Shown here: in pieces, positions 1 through 10,100 of the stretch
How the letters are laid out: the number at the start of each line of letters is the position of its first letter
Position numbering within the stretch: the first letter of the stretch is position 1
IMG/VR virus record: IMGVR_UViG_3300037419_000652
Location: 1 to 42,357 of that record
Length of the DNA stretch: 42,357 bases
Origin: a virus
Taxonomy: Duplodnaviria > Caudoviricetes
Strand: one strand, 5' to 3'
Position numbers and translations under genes: made by a program
Notes under the pieces: model-generated
What the model saw: only the letters and a program-made list of their open reading frames with translations
Told to the model about the DNA's origin: nothing
Databases searched by the model: none

Positions 1-126
1 TTCTTCCCAGATGACTGGGCGTACACCGCCTATCACATGGCGTCTGGCCTCTTCGAGGAGATCCCAGATCCAACCGTGAGTGAACCCGTTGCGCCTGTAG
101 GGCCTGCTGAGGAAGTGGCCCCGGCG
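1..126. repeat. Terminal direct repeat (circular genome overlap), copy 1
   Basis: 1-126 is identical to 42216-42341; the next 16 nt still align, with 5 mismatches. Confidence 0.95.
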
Positions 127-210
127 TCTGACGCTGAGGCTCAGGAGCGTCAGACGCCGGGGCCACGAACACGCAAGCCAGCGCCACGAAAGCGCGCAGT
201 AAGGCGGTAG
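1..210 (+). CDS. 3' part of a small acidic-then-basic protein that spans the circular junction (starts at ATG 42180)
   Basis: Frame from ATG 42180 (MWVKSKRDGGVQFFPDDWAY...) continues through the overlap to TAG 208-210; lies between capsid and head-tail genes. Confidence 0.7.
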   Translation, partial: FFPDDWAYTAYHMASGLFEEIPDPTVSEPVAPVGPAEEVAPASDAEAQERQTPGPRTRKPAPRKRAVRR

Positions 211-213
211 CGC

Positions 214-783
214 ATGACATCAGCAGTTCGCGCCAGTATGGCCCCGCTGATTGACCGCGTGCGCCGTCTCTGTGGCGATATCGTGACGGCTGGCAACGCG
301 CCGCAGTTCTCTGATCTTGCCGTCCAGCAAGTCTTAGATCGCTATCGAAACGACGTGCGGTACCTGGAACTGCGCGAAGAGCCGACGTATCAGGTCGCGC
401 CGCTGCCAACTGTGTGGTTGGACTTCTACGACGATGGCCGCGGCGATTGGGAGACCGACGCCGTGCTCCAGCGCTACGACTGGACGGTGCTCACACCAGC
501 CACCTCTGACTGGCTCACTGGCCACTGGACGTTCGCCAGTTCAGTTAATCCGCCGGTCAACATCACCGGCAAATCCTATGACGTTCACCTGGCGGCGGCG
601 GCGCTATGTGAGACGTGGGCAAGTGGGCTGGCGCAACTCTACGACTTCACGGCGGACGGCGCGACGTTCCGTCGATCACAGCAGGCGGAGGGCTTGCGCT
701 CGCTCGCCCACAGCCTACGGATGAAGGCGCGACCGCGCATGGTCTCGACAGGGCGTAGCGACTATGCCGGCGGAAGGTGGTAG
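214..783 (+). CDS. Putative head-to-tail adaptor/connector protein
   Basis: Position after the capsid genes; N-terminal 'IDRVRRLCGD...FSD' and C-terminal 'AAAALCETWA...YDFTADGATFRRSQ' resemble adaptor proteins. Confidence 0.65.
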   Translation: MTSAVRASMAPLIDRVRRLCGDIVTAGNAPQFSDLAVQQVLDRYRNDVRYLELREEPTYQVAPLPTVWLDFYDDGRGDWETDAVLQRYDWTVLTPATSDWLTGHWTFASSVNPPVNITGKSYDVHLAAAALCETWASGLAQLYDFTADGATFRRSQQAEGLRSLAHSLRMKARPRMVSTGRSDYAGGRW

Positions 784-787
784 GGCG

Positions 788-1144
788 ATGGCTGGACTAC
801 TGAACGCCGCTGAACTCGCCGCCTGTCGGGCGTTGCAAGAATCCACGTTCGATACGGATGCGATTCAACAGCGTGATCCCGATGATGGGTGGGGAACGCT
901 CGCAGGACCAACGACCATAGCGACGCGGAAGGTGCGGCTAGCGACGCCGACAGGTCCAACACTCGCGCAAGTGGTCGCCATGGTGGGGAACGTTCCGGCG
1001 TGGGTGCTCACCATCGCGGTTGATACCGATGTTAAGAACAATGATCGCTTCCTGATCGGTTCAGACACATTCAACGTGAATGGCGCACTGCAACCACACA
1101 GCTATCGCACGGCTGATCGCTATGTCGTGACCGAGGTGCGCTGA
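788..1144 (+). CDS. Putative head-closure (stopper) protein
   Basis: Synteny; 'TDVKNNDRFLIGSDTFNV' resembles head-closure proteins; ATG at 788. Confidence 0.6.
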   Translation: MAGLLNAAELAACRALQESTFDTDAIQQRDPDDGWGTLAGPTTIATRKVRLATPTGPTLAQVVAMVGNVPAWVLTIAVDTDVKNNDRFLIGSDTFNVNGALQPHSYRTADRYVVTEVR

Positions 1145-1476
1145 TGGGTATCGAACTGATCGTGAAGGTTGACCGCTTGCCAGAGATCATCGCCAAGCTG
1201 CCTGAAGCGGTGAATCAAGTGCTGAGCAAGGTTGCGCTGGATATTGTCGCTGAAGCCGAGACGCGCAGTCGCGTGCGGACAGGCGCGATGCGCGCAGGCT
1301 GGCAAGCCGAGCAGGAGAGCCAGTTATCCTGGCGGGTCTACAACAGTGTCGGCTACACGATCTACAACGAGTTTGGCACTTACAAAATGCCAGCAGCGCC
1401 CATGTTGACACCAGCGGTTGAGCATCAGCGTGGCTCGTTCGCATCTGCGTTCCGGGCGCTGGAGGGATTGCTATGA
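1144..1476 (+). CDS. HK97 gp10-like tail completion/neck protein
   Basis: Motifs 'VRTGAMR', 'YNEFGT..MPAAPMLTPA'. Confidence 0.85.
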   Translation: MGIELIVKVDRLPEIIAKLPEAVNQVLSKVALDIVAEAETRSRVRTGAMRAGWQAEQESQLSWRVYNSVGYTIYNEFGTYKMPAAPMLTPAVEHQRGSFASAFRALEGLL

Positions 1477-1997
1477 GCAATGAACCATTTGACTATGGCA
1501 AGACGAAGCCTGACGGCCAGCACGAGCGCTATCCGTCCAGCGTGAAGACAAACGAGGACGGTACTCCCGCCTTCGTCCAGCCGCATCGTAACGCCTATCG
1601 GCACCGGAAGTGCGGCGTCGTGACCACGATGCGCGGAGAGGCGCTGACGCTCACCTACGCCACCAATCCAGGCTTCTACGGCGCAACCTTCTGCGCTGGC
1701 TGCCATAACCATCTTCCGCTCGCGGAGTTCGACTGGCTTCCCGATGGTCTACCGATGGATGTTGTCGGTGGTCCGGTAGGTGTGGACTGGCGCGACCGCG
1801 AGACGGTTCCCCGGCCTGAGTGGCAAGTGAAGTTGAATCGCCTGCGCCAACATGCGTCCGACGCCACCAATGCGGTCAGCCGCTTGGAGGAGTACGGGAA
1901 CGAGCATGAGAAGGCGTTGGCCGACACAGCACACGCGGCTGTCACAGCGCTGTACGAGGCTATGTCAACGCGCATTCAGCAGGAAGGGCAACAGTGA
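1473..1997 (+). CDS. Hypothetical protein with putative Zn-binding domain (HxxC...CxxC)
   Basis: Overlaps both neighbours by 4 nt (translational coupling); 'HRKC...FCAGC'. Confidence 0.7.
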   Translation: MSNEPFDYGKTKPDGQHERYPSSVKTNEDGTPAFVQPHRNAYRHRKCGVVTTMRGEALTLTYATNPGFYGATFCAGCHNHLPLAEFDWLPDGLPMDVVGGPVGVDWRDRETVPRPEWQVKLNRLRQHASDATNAVSRLEEYGNEHEKALADTAHAAVTALYEAMSTRIQQEGQQ

Positions 1998-2404
1998 CGA
2001 CCCTCACCGAGACCACGCGCGTCTTCGACTGGCTGCGCGCCACGATCAATCCGCTGGCCAGCAATCGCGTCTACCGGGACATCGCGCCAGATCAGCCCAC
2101 GACGCCATACGTGATTGTCGGCCTGATGAGTGGACGTGACGTGGCGGGCGCTGCGGGTATCCGGCTGTGGCAGGACGGCCTGTATCTGGTGAAGGTGGTG
2201 GGCAAGCGTAGTGACTGGACGGCGATGGTGGCGCTGGCCGATGCGATAGACAGCGCGTTGCAGCTCGCTACCGGCAATACCGCCGACGCGACGATCATTC
2301 GTGCCGTGCGGGAAGAGTCGATTGCCTACAGCGAAGTGGTCGGCGCGGATGTGTGGTCGCATTTGGGCGCTATCTGGCGCGTGTACACGAAGAAGACGAG
2401 TTAG
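1994..2404 (+). CDS. Tail terminator (DUF3168-like)
   Basis: 'RVYRDIAPDQPTTPYVIV' motif; immediately upstream of the major tail gene; GTG start. Confidence 0.75.
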   Translation: MTTLTETTRVFDWLRATINPLASNRVYRDIAPDQPTTPYVIVGLMSGRDVAGAAGIRLWQDGLYLVKVVGKRSDWTAMVALADAIDSALQLATGNTADATIIRAVREESIAYSEVVGADVWSHLGAIWRVYTKKTS

Positions 2405-2413
2405 GAGACGAGC

Positions 2414-3703
2414 ATGCCAGGAGTAGTGGCGTACATAGATCAACATGTCCAGGTGGGACAGGAAGCGACACCGAATACTCCTGTCAGCGCCGCGAAGCGT
2501 CTGCAATCCCTGACGCTGGAGTTCACCGACGAGATCGACACCCAGCAGTTTAATCCGACTGGCTACCGCTTCGATACGCTGTCCATGCTCAACAAAGCCT
2601 GGACGGGGATCAAGGCGGGCGGGCCGCTGTCGTTCACCGAATCGCTGTACGTCATCGAGGCGGCGCTGGGAGCAGTGTCAGCCAGCACGCAGGGCGTCAA
2701 CGGTAAGCTGCGGACCTACGATGTGCCGCTGACTGGCGCGATCTCGCCCAAGACGCTCACCACGCAATTTGGTGACGCCACCTATGCGAATCAGGCGGCT
2801 GGCGCATTCTTTGCCAGCCTTGGCGCGAAGTATAGCCGCGAGACGAATGCGGTCTGGGATGGCGTGGACGGCTACGCGCAACGCATCCTCGACGGCGGCA
2901 CGACATTCTCAGGCTCGCCCACGACCGTGCCGGAGCAGCCAGTACGCGGCCCGCATCTCAACTTCTACCTGGACTCCACCAGCGCCAATCTTGGTGTCAC
3001 GCAGATCACCGAAGAAGTGCTGGAAGGCTCGTGGAACCTGAAGGATCTGCTCAAACTGTTCTGGGCGGCGGACAGAAGTCAGGCGAGCTACAAAAAGGCG
3101 CTCAGCAACGAGGCGGGCAAGTACGGCGCGAAGCTGAGTCTGGGTGAGTCCGCGGTCGTGCGGGCGATTGACGCCGCAATGATGCTCAACCGCACGTACT
3201 TCCTGCGCATCGAGAACAAGGGCGACATGCTCGACAACCAGAACGTGCTGACGATCACCGGCACACCAACAGGTGGCACCTTCACCCTGACCTATAAGGG
3301 GCAGACAACCGGCGCGATTGCCTACAACGCCGCGGCTGGCGCGGTGCAGACGGCGTTGGAGGCGCTGACCAAGATCGGCGTGGGCAACGTCACGGTGACC
3401 GGCGGCCCTGGTCCTGGCACGCCCTGGACGGTCTCATTCCTGTCTGGCCTGCTGCAAAACGACACGAGCGTTCTGACCCATGCGGACAGCTTCACCGGCG
3501 GTTCTAGCCCAGCGCTGGGCATCGTACAGACGCTGACGCCGTACGAGCACACCGTTGATTGCGCGATCAAGCTCATGAAGAAAGCCTCGTGGGGCAACCA
3601 TGATAGCGTGTACGCCCGTGACATGGACTTCACGCTGATTGGCGATCCAACGTGGGGTCATGCGCTGATGATCAAGAGTGTGACGGGGCTGGCGAGCCTA
3701 TGA
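2414..3703 (+). CDS. Major tail (tube) protein with an inserted beta-rich accessory domain
   Basis: Synteny; 'VQVGQEATPNTPV' N-terminus; RBS AGGAG; internal 'ITGTPTGGTFTLTY...AVQTALEAL' domain. Confidence 0.75.
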   Translation: MPGVVAYIDQHVQVGQEATPNTPVSAAKRLQSLTLEFTDEIDTQQFNPTGYRFDTLSMLNKAWTGIKAGGPLSFTESLYVIEAALGAVSASTQGVNGKLRTYDVPLTGAISPKTLTTQFGDATYANQAAGAFFASLGAKYSRETNAVWDGVDGYAQRILDGGTTFSGSPTTVPEQPVRGPHLNFYLDSTSANLGVTQITEEVLEGSWNLKDLLKLFWAADRSQASYKKALSNEAGKYGAKLSLGESAVVRAIDAAMMLNRTYFLRIENKGDMLDNQNVLTITGTPTGGTFTLTYKGQTTGAIAYNAAAGAVQTALEALTKIGVGNVTVTGGPGPGTPWTVSFLSGLLQNDTSVLTHADSFTGGSSPALGIVQTLTPYEHTVDCAIKLMKKASWGNHDSVYARDMDFTLIGDPTWGHALMIKSVTGLASL

Positions 3704-3708
3704 GCCAG

Positions 3709-4050
3709 TTAGCTAGCACGCTCATACACCACGGTGAACTTGGCCTTGGGCTTGATGACCGCGGCCAGGAGGCCAAGCGCCACAATACGGCCGGCGCCAG
3801 CACGTGGCTGATAGGCGGATTGCGAGACGACCTTCCAGCCCTGCTGGCCCATGCGTGTGATGCCCTCGCGCATATCCTTATCGCCTTCGTAGGTGCGCGT
3901 CTTCTGTCCGGTCTGCGCTTCGGCCTCGGCCTCTGGCGAACCACTGCGCGGCGCGTAGCAGTTCGGGCATGCCTGCTTGTTGGCGCTGATGTTCTTCTTG
4001 CCACACTCGGCGCACTCCCACGGCTTGATGCGATCCATAAATCCAGCCAT
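3709..4050 (-). CDS. Antisense moron: zinc-ribbon protein with a C-terminal hydrophobic segment
   Basis: WECAECG...CPNC; RBS AAAGGGTGG before ATG 4050; own promoter upstream. Confidence 0.75.
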   Translation of the reverse strand: MAGFMDRIKPWECAECGKKNISANKQACPNCYAPRSGSPEAEAEAQTGQKTRTYEGDKDMREGITRMGQQGWKVVSQSAYQPRAGAGRIVALGLLAAVIKPKAKFTVVYERAS

Positions 4051-4098
4051 TGTTTTCCACCCTTTCGTTGCGGCCATTTTATGCCGCTTGTTCACCAC

Positions 4099-4124
4099 GA
4101 CGCAAGACGGGCGTGGATAGTCAC
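4099..4124 (-). promoter_or_regulatory. Putative ECF-sigma promoter GTGAC-N17-CGTC
   Basis: Same motif and spacing at 5364-5389 (-) and 14094-14119 (+). Confidence 0.6.
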
Positions 4125-4143
4125 GCGGTAGTTCGGAGGATTC

Positions 4144-4629
4144 ATGACTGACATGGCAGAAGCGGTGCGGAGAGCGCGAGCCGATGCACGTGAGCGCGAA
4201 GAGGAAGCGGCGCCAGTCGCGCGCATGCGCGTTACCACGCTTGCTGATCTACGCTCCGGCAGCGTGCCTGCCACCATGATCGTGCGTGGCATGCCGATCA
4301 ACATCGAGTATGACCCGGACGGCGTGACGCTGGAATCGCTGCAACGCGCCTCAGCGCTCCAGGATGGTGACGGCAAGGCGGATGACCTGGCGGTGATGAC
4401 CGACTTCCTCATCAACACCATCCTGCGGTGGGATCTGCGCGAAGAGGACGGCGAAACGATCGTGGACCTGTCCGCTGAGCGGCTAGCGAAGTTCGGCATT
4501 GGCTTGCTGGCGGATATGAGCACGGCGCTCATCAAGGCGACGCGCATGGGGGAAGCGAGCGGGACGCCATCACGACAGCGCTTATCGCGTACGCGCACAA
4601 AGGGAACACGAAGTTCCTTGCGGCGATAG
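4144..4629 (+). CDS. Tail assembly chaperone (G-like)
   Basis: Between tail tube and tape measure genes; 'ILRWDL' motif; RBS GGAGG; slippery site G GGG GAA at 4548-4554. Confidence 0.75.
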   Translation: MTDMAEAVRRARADAREREEEAAPVARMRVTTLADLRSGSVPATMIVRGMPINIEYDPDGVTLESLQRASALQDGDGKADDLAVMTDFLINTILRWDLREEDGETIVDLSAERLAKFGIGLLADMSTALIKATRMGEASGTPSRQRLSRTRTKGTRSSLRR

Positions 4630-4793
4630 GTGGTCGCGTCCCGGACTGGTTCAATCGCATCACCCTCATGGGTGTGGTCAATACGGATGACGAGTATTGG
4701 TTCGACAAGCGCGCGCCCATCTGGGAGGACTGGGCAACGATCCATGCGGATGTGAAAGCAGCGATTATGCGAGGACCGGAGCAGGCGTCATGA
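4548..4793 (+). CDS. Tail assembly chaperone -1 frameshift extension (GT-like)
   Basis: The -1 frame is open from the GGGGGAA site (GSERDAITTALIAY...IMRGPEQAS) to TGA 4791-4793. Confidence 0.7.
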   Translation, partial: GGSERDAITTALIAYAHKGNTKFLAAIGGRVPDWFNRITLMGVVNTDDEYWFDKRAPIWEDWATIHADVKAAIMRGPEQAS

Positions 4794-4833
4794 GATTAGC
4801 ACTTCGCGGCTTAGTAAGGGAGCGCACAGGATG

Positions 4834-5316
4834 CTAAATGCCGAGCAACTGACGCTTCTTGGCCTCGAAGTCCTCTTGCGAGATTACACCGCTATCGCGC
4901 AACGCCGCGAACTTCGCCAACTCATCGGCGGCGGACGGAGCAGCGGCTTGTGGCGCAGGAGCGCGCATCGCCTGCTGGTACTGCTCGATGAGACTCTTGG
5001 CGAACTCAAACGCCGCATTGTCGGCGAACATCACCGTGTTTTCATCTTGCCCGCTAGAGAGCACGCCACCGCGATGCTCGTTTCCGCCGGGGACGGTGAA
5101 CTGGATATACCCGCGCGTCATGCCCGACCGCTTGAACTGAATCGCCGTGATGCTGGTGTAGGGTATCTCTTTATCGCCCTTCAATCCCTGCGTGGCGAAC
5201 GCCATCAGTCCCTTGCGAATGATGACTACCCGATCACGCTTCACAAGCAATTGCCCGTTCACACCTTTTGCAAGGAACTCGCCATTGCTATCCGCTGCCA
5301 TTTCCTGCTTTGCCAT
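4834..5316 (-). CDS. Antisense moron: DUF4429-like domain plus C-terminal SHOCT domain protein
   Basis: 'KEIPYTSITAIQFK...GYIQF' and the SHOCT signature 'DELAKFAALRDSGVISQEDFEAKKRQLL'; RBS AAGGAAGG. Confidence 0.85.
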   Translation of the reverse strand: MAKQEMAADSNGEFLAKGVNGQLLVKRDRVVIIRKGLMAFATQGLKGDKEIPYTSITAIQFKRSGMTRGYIQFTVPGGNEHRGGVLSSGQDENTVMFADNAAFEFAKSLIEQYQQAMRAPAPQAAAPSAADELAKFAALRDSGVISQEDFEAKKRQLLGI

Positions 5317-5363
5317 TGTCTCATTCCTTCCTTTTTGCGGCATACGAGCCGCTTATCACTAGT

Positions 5364-5389
5364 AACGCCGCTATTCGCCTCTATGTCAC
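5364..5389 (-). promoter_or_regulatory. Putative ECF-sigma promoter GTGAC-N17-CGTT
   Basis: Same architecture as 4099-4124, including the downstream AAGCGGC...GCCGCAA hairpin. Confidence 0.6.
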
Positions 5390-5413
5390 GCTCACTAGCA
5401 AGGATGGTGTGAC

Positions 5414-7123
5414 GTGGCGACCACGATAGCCGAGTTGCAGGCCGTTGTCACGGCGGACACCACTCAGGGCGACAAGAGCCTGAAGGGCTTCCACAAGAAT
5501 CTCGACGACACCAAAGATCATTCAGACAAGGCCAGTGGCGGTGTGCTGGGCTTCACCAAGAACATTGCAGGCATTGCAGCGGGCGTCGGCGTGGCGAATC
5601 TGGTTTCTGCTGGCTTTGGCATGATTCGCGACACCGCAAGCGACATGATTCAGTCGGCGATGGATGCCAACAAGGGCATCGCACAGACCAATGCGGTCCT
5701 GGCGTCCACGCATGGCGTATCGGGCCAGACGGCGCAGAGCATCGCCGCATTGGCTGACCAATTCCAAGACCTCGAAGGCGTAGACGATGATGTGACACGC
5801 TCAGCTGCCAATATGCTGCTGACCTTCACGAACATCAAGGGCGATGTCTTCCCTGGCGCCACGCAGACAGCACTGGATATGGCGGCAGCGCTTGGAGGCA
5901 GCGCGAAAGATAGCGCCATGATGCTGGGCAAAGCGCTGAATGAACCCGCAAAGGCTGCTGGTATCTTGGGGCGCGCTGGCGTACAGCTCACTGACGATGA
6001 GCAAAAAGCCATAGACACGGCGCTGAAGCATAACGACGTGGCAAAGGCACAGAGCATCATCCTCGGCGAACTGAAAACACAGTTCGGTGGTCAGGCAAAG
6101 GCTGTCGGCGACGCGGCAGGCCCGATGGGCAAGCTCAACTTGATCTGGCAGGACGTGGGCAAGAGCATCGGCAACATGCTCATTCCGGCACTGCAACAGG
6201 CTGCGACCGTCGCAATAGGCGTGATCAACTTCTTCCAGACTGGCGGGCCACCAGCCAAGGCGCTGGCAATCATCATCGGCGGCATTCTGGTCACAGCGGT
6301 TGCAGCCTACGCAGTCAGTATGGCCAGCGCCGCCATTGCGACCATCGCCGCCACCTGGCCGATATTGCTCATCATTGCGGCGGTGGGCCTCCTGGTCGCG
6401 GGCATCATCCTGCTCGTCCAGCACTGGTCGCAGGTGACGGCGTTCCTGCAAGGTGTGTGGGCTGCTGCGGTGCGTGGTGTGCAGGTTGGGCTACAGCTCT
6501 TGGGCCAGTTCTTCAGCAATCTGGGAACAACCATCCACAATGCGCTGATGGGCGCCGCGCAGGCCATTCTCTCGTGGACACTCGGCGTTATCGCGCGCTT
6601 CCAAGAGGCGAAGGCGCAGGCTGACGCGAAGATCGCCGAGATGGTCGCCGCCGTGATCAACCGGATACGTGGCGCAGTCGGTGGCGTGATTTCAGCGGCA
6701 GGCGCGATCAAGGACGGGTTTCTAAATGCGCTCGCCGCTCTTCCGGGGAAGCTTGCGGATTTAGCAACCAATGCGATCAACCACATGATCTCGGCAATTC
6801 TCGGCATGGCGGGCAAGGTTGGCAACGCCATCTCTGGCCTGTTCAGCCACTTCCACCTGCCAGGGTTCGCAGAGGGTGGTATTGCACCGGGTGGGTTGGC
6901 CATGGTGGGCGAGCATGGGCCGGAAGTGGTAGCTCTACCAGCGGGGGCGCGTGTGTATCCCAGTGGGACCGGGCCGAGTCTGGGCGGCGGTGTTGCGGCG
7001 AGTGCGTCCGGTGGAACCATCAGCATCACCATTCCGGTCTATCTGGCTGGCCGCAAAGTGGCCGAGGTCTTGCTGCCTGACATGGTGAACGAGATCCGGC
7101 GCGCCACAGGGGGCAAGGCATGA
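5414..7123 (+). CDS. Tape measure protein
   Basis: Ala/Gly-rich helical protein with TM segments and C-terminal 'FAEGG...MVGEHGPE' motif. Confidence 0.9.
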   Translation: MATTIAELQAVVTADTTQGDKSLKGFHKNLDDTKDHSDKASGGVLGFTKNIAGIAAGVGVANLVSAGFGMIRDTASDMIQSAMDANKGIAQTNAVLASTHGVSGQTAQSIAALADQFQDLEGVDDDVTRSAANMLLTFTNIKGDVFPGATQTALDMAAALGGSAKDSAMMLGKALNEPAKAAGILGRAGVQLTDDEQKAIDTALKHNDVAKAQSIILGELKTQFGGQAKAVGDAAGPMGKLNLIWQDVGKSIGNMLIPALQQAATVAIGVINFFQTGGPPAKALAIIIGGILVTAVAAYAVSMASAAIATIAATWPILLIIAAVGLLVAGIILLVQHWSQVTAFLQGVWAAAVRGVQVGLQLLGQFFSNLGTTIHNALMGAAQAILSWTLGVIARFQEAKAQADAKIAEMVAAVINRIRGAVGGVISAAGAIKDGFLNALAALPGKLADLATNAINHMISAILGMAGKVGNAISGLFSHFHLPGFAEGGIAPGGLAMVGEHGPEVVALPAGARVYPSGTGPSLGGGVAASASGGTISITIPVYLAGRKVAEVLLPDMVNEIRRATGGKA

Positions 7124-10100
7124 CGCAACTACCACTCGGCGCGGTCTACGTCCCGCCTGTCACAAACGCTCCGCCGTACTATCTCAGCGCCTCGCCAGAC
7201 GGCAATCAGAAGCTCCTCGACGCCTGGACCGGCACACCGACGACACTCTATGGCTGCACGTTCTACCTGAGCACGCAGGGTGGCTCCGGCGCGTGGCATA
7301 GCGGCGATCTGGGCGCGACCATCGATAGCCTGCTCAACCTCGCGCAGCAAGACAGTCTCAATATGGTGCGCGTCACCGATTTTTTCAACGGTTCCGACGC
7401 GACACAGGTGTGGGATGATCCGCAAGTCTGGACAAACATTGATTACTTGGTGAGCGCCTGCCAACTGCGCGGCATGTATGTCCTGATGGATGTGGCATCA
7501 TGGGGCGCGTATATGACGAGCCAGGGCGGCACTGGCGGCAATGACCCAACGGTAGCGGCGAACTGGACCGCGAAGCTCCAGGCGTTGGGCGCGCACTACA
7601 TCAATGCGAAGAACATCTGCTGGTACTCCATTCGTGGCGAGCCGAGCGTGCCAACGGATGCCACGACCACAACCGCGCTGGTGAACTTCTATGACAGCGT
7701 GACGACGACACTCTACACTGCCGATCCCAACCACCTGATCACCGCTGGCGGCCTGCTCAACATGCAGCAGAACCCGTCGTTGTCGTGGTGGCAACAGATA
7801 TTTAGTCTCGCGCACAACAACGTGTGCAGCTACAAGGTCTACAGCCAGGACGATCTCGACTACATCAACTTCATCGGGCGCTACGTGTCTGCGCTGGGCA
7901 AGCCGCTCAGCAATCAAGAGTTTGGCGGCGAGCAGGTGCTGGGCGATAGCGTGTACAGTGGCACGCCCTACAACAATATCGCGCTGTCTCGCGCTGACTA
8001 CTTCCGCCAGGTCTATCGCCGTGGCTGGCAGGTGACGACCAGCTCGTTCATCTTCTGGAATCTCGGCTTCCAGGTCAATCCCACCGGCTTTGATGTCTCG
8101 CCTGATATTAGCCCGGCGGCATGGATGGTGATCGGTGAGGCGGCGTCGGGCCAGTCACCCGCCAGCATCACTATTGGCAGCGCGACGCTCGATGACACGC
8201 TCTATGTCAGTGGTGACTCACTCAGTATCGATCTGGCGATCAACCAGCGCAGCAAAGCCGATTTTACGCTGCTGGACACGTTGGGCGCGCAGCACTTCGA
8301 CCAGGGCGAGCCGCTCATCATCGTGGACGATTTCAACCAGCGGCTCTTCGGCGGCGTGATCACCGATGCGGTGGAGACGCAGCCCGCGCCGACAGATGAA
8401 GAGAATGGCGCGCTGCTACGACACGTGCTCAACTATGCCGACTGGCACTATCTCGCCGACAAACGCGCGTTCCCCTATAGCAACGCGAATGTGAGCTTGC
8501 AACAGGTCATCAGGGACATGATGAGCCAGGTGTTGCTCGCCGAGGGTGTGGTGGCAGCGTTTGGTGACAACTACCTCTCGCCGAATCAGTCGCTCGGTGC
8601 GGATGAGGACCTGCAGGGCTTCGTCGCGATCAACAATGCGGTGATTTCTCAGGATGCGCCGATGCCGGGCGCTCTTCATGGCTCGCTCAAAGTCGTGTGC
8701 AGCGGCGCCCAGGCGTTCCAAGCCGTAGAGGTCCGCATTCCAGTCGGGGTCATCCCTGGCATCAACGGCGCGCAGATCACCATTAGCGCGTATGCGAGGG
8801 CGAGTAGTGGAACGCCCACCCTGCGCATGTTCGTTCAGGGCGCGTCCGCTGCGCTTGGCAGCACCACGACGAAGACGCTCAGCACCACTCGCACGCGCTA
8901 CACCTGGACGGCCACCATGCCCAACCCGGTAACGGGCGGCTTCCTGGCCATTCGCTTTGACACAGGCACCCCAGCGCAAGCTGTGACGTTCTGGCTCGAT
9001 AGCCTACAAATCGAGAAGGCGGGTAGCGCGTCGGCGTGGCAACTTGGCGGCGAGGCAACGGTCCAGACAGGGCCAACCATTCAGGAGATCACGAGCAACT
9101 ACAGTAGCTGCGCGGAAAACCTGGACAGTCTCTCACAGGCGGCGGATTTCACCTGGCAGATTGACGCCTACAAGGTGCTGTGGTGTGGCGCGCCGGGTCA
9201 ACTGGTCGCGCCGTGGTCTGCGGCGATGATCGATATGGAACGTGGCAGCATCGAGGTGGAACGCGCCAACCAGCAGTACCGCAACCGCCAGTATCTGCTT
9301 GGCGCCCATGCGCAGACGAGCACGCAGATTGAGACGCGCATCGGCGACGGCACCAACCAATCATTCACCATGAGCTACGAGCTGGCGACCACGCCCACGG
9401 TGGAAGTGAAGATCGGCGCAGGGTCGTTCGTGGCCAAGACGGTAGGCATCGGCGGAGTCGATAGCGCGCGGGATTGGTATTGGAACGCAGGAAAGAACAT
9501 CGTCTTCCAGGATACCGCCGGAACCAAGCTCACGAGTAGCGACACGTTGCGCGTCACCTACGTTGGCCAGTTCCCTGTCGTGGTCCTGAGCACGAATGAC
9601 ACGGAGATCGCCGCGCAGCTTGCGCGCGAGGCGGGCGTGGGCACTGGCTACGTGGATGCAGTCGCCAGCGACAGCACGCTCAAGACGATTGCGGGCGCGT
9701 ACCAGGCGGCGGGCGGCTATCTGAGTCGCTACGGCCAGTTGGGCAAAAAGGCGAAGTTTCGCACGTTGCGCGGCGGTCTCATGCCCGGCCAACTGCTCTC
9801 GGTGGATCTGCCAGCCCATGACATCAACAACGCACAGATGCTGGTGGAGTCCGTACGACTGGCTTACACCGGCTTTTACTTCTACTACGACATCACGGCG
9901 GTGGAAGGGCCGGTCAATCAGACGTGGCCGCAGTATTTCGAAGCGCTCGCTACGAAGTCAGGGCAGACGGTGGACAAGATCAACCTGGGCAGTGGCTCGA
10001 ATCTGGCGCTGCTGCAATCCTTCACCGCCAGCAAATCGCCCTCGGCGAGCTTCACGGCCACGGTGAACGCCTGTATGTTCCCGTCCGCCACTGCCTACCC

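Noticed and set aside
7120-8160. Cellulase auxiliary metabolic gene
   Set aside because: The GH5-like domain is in frame with a tail hub protein and has no signal peptide, so a virion depolymerase role is more parsimonious
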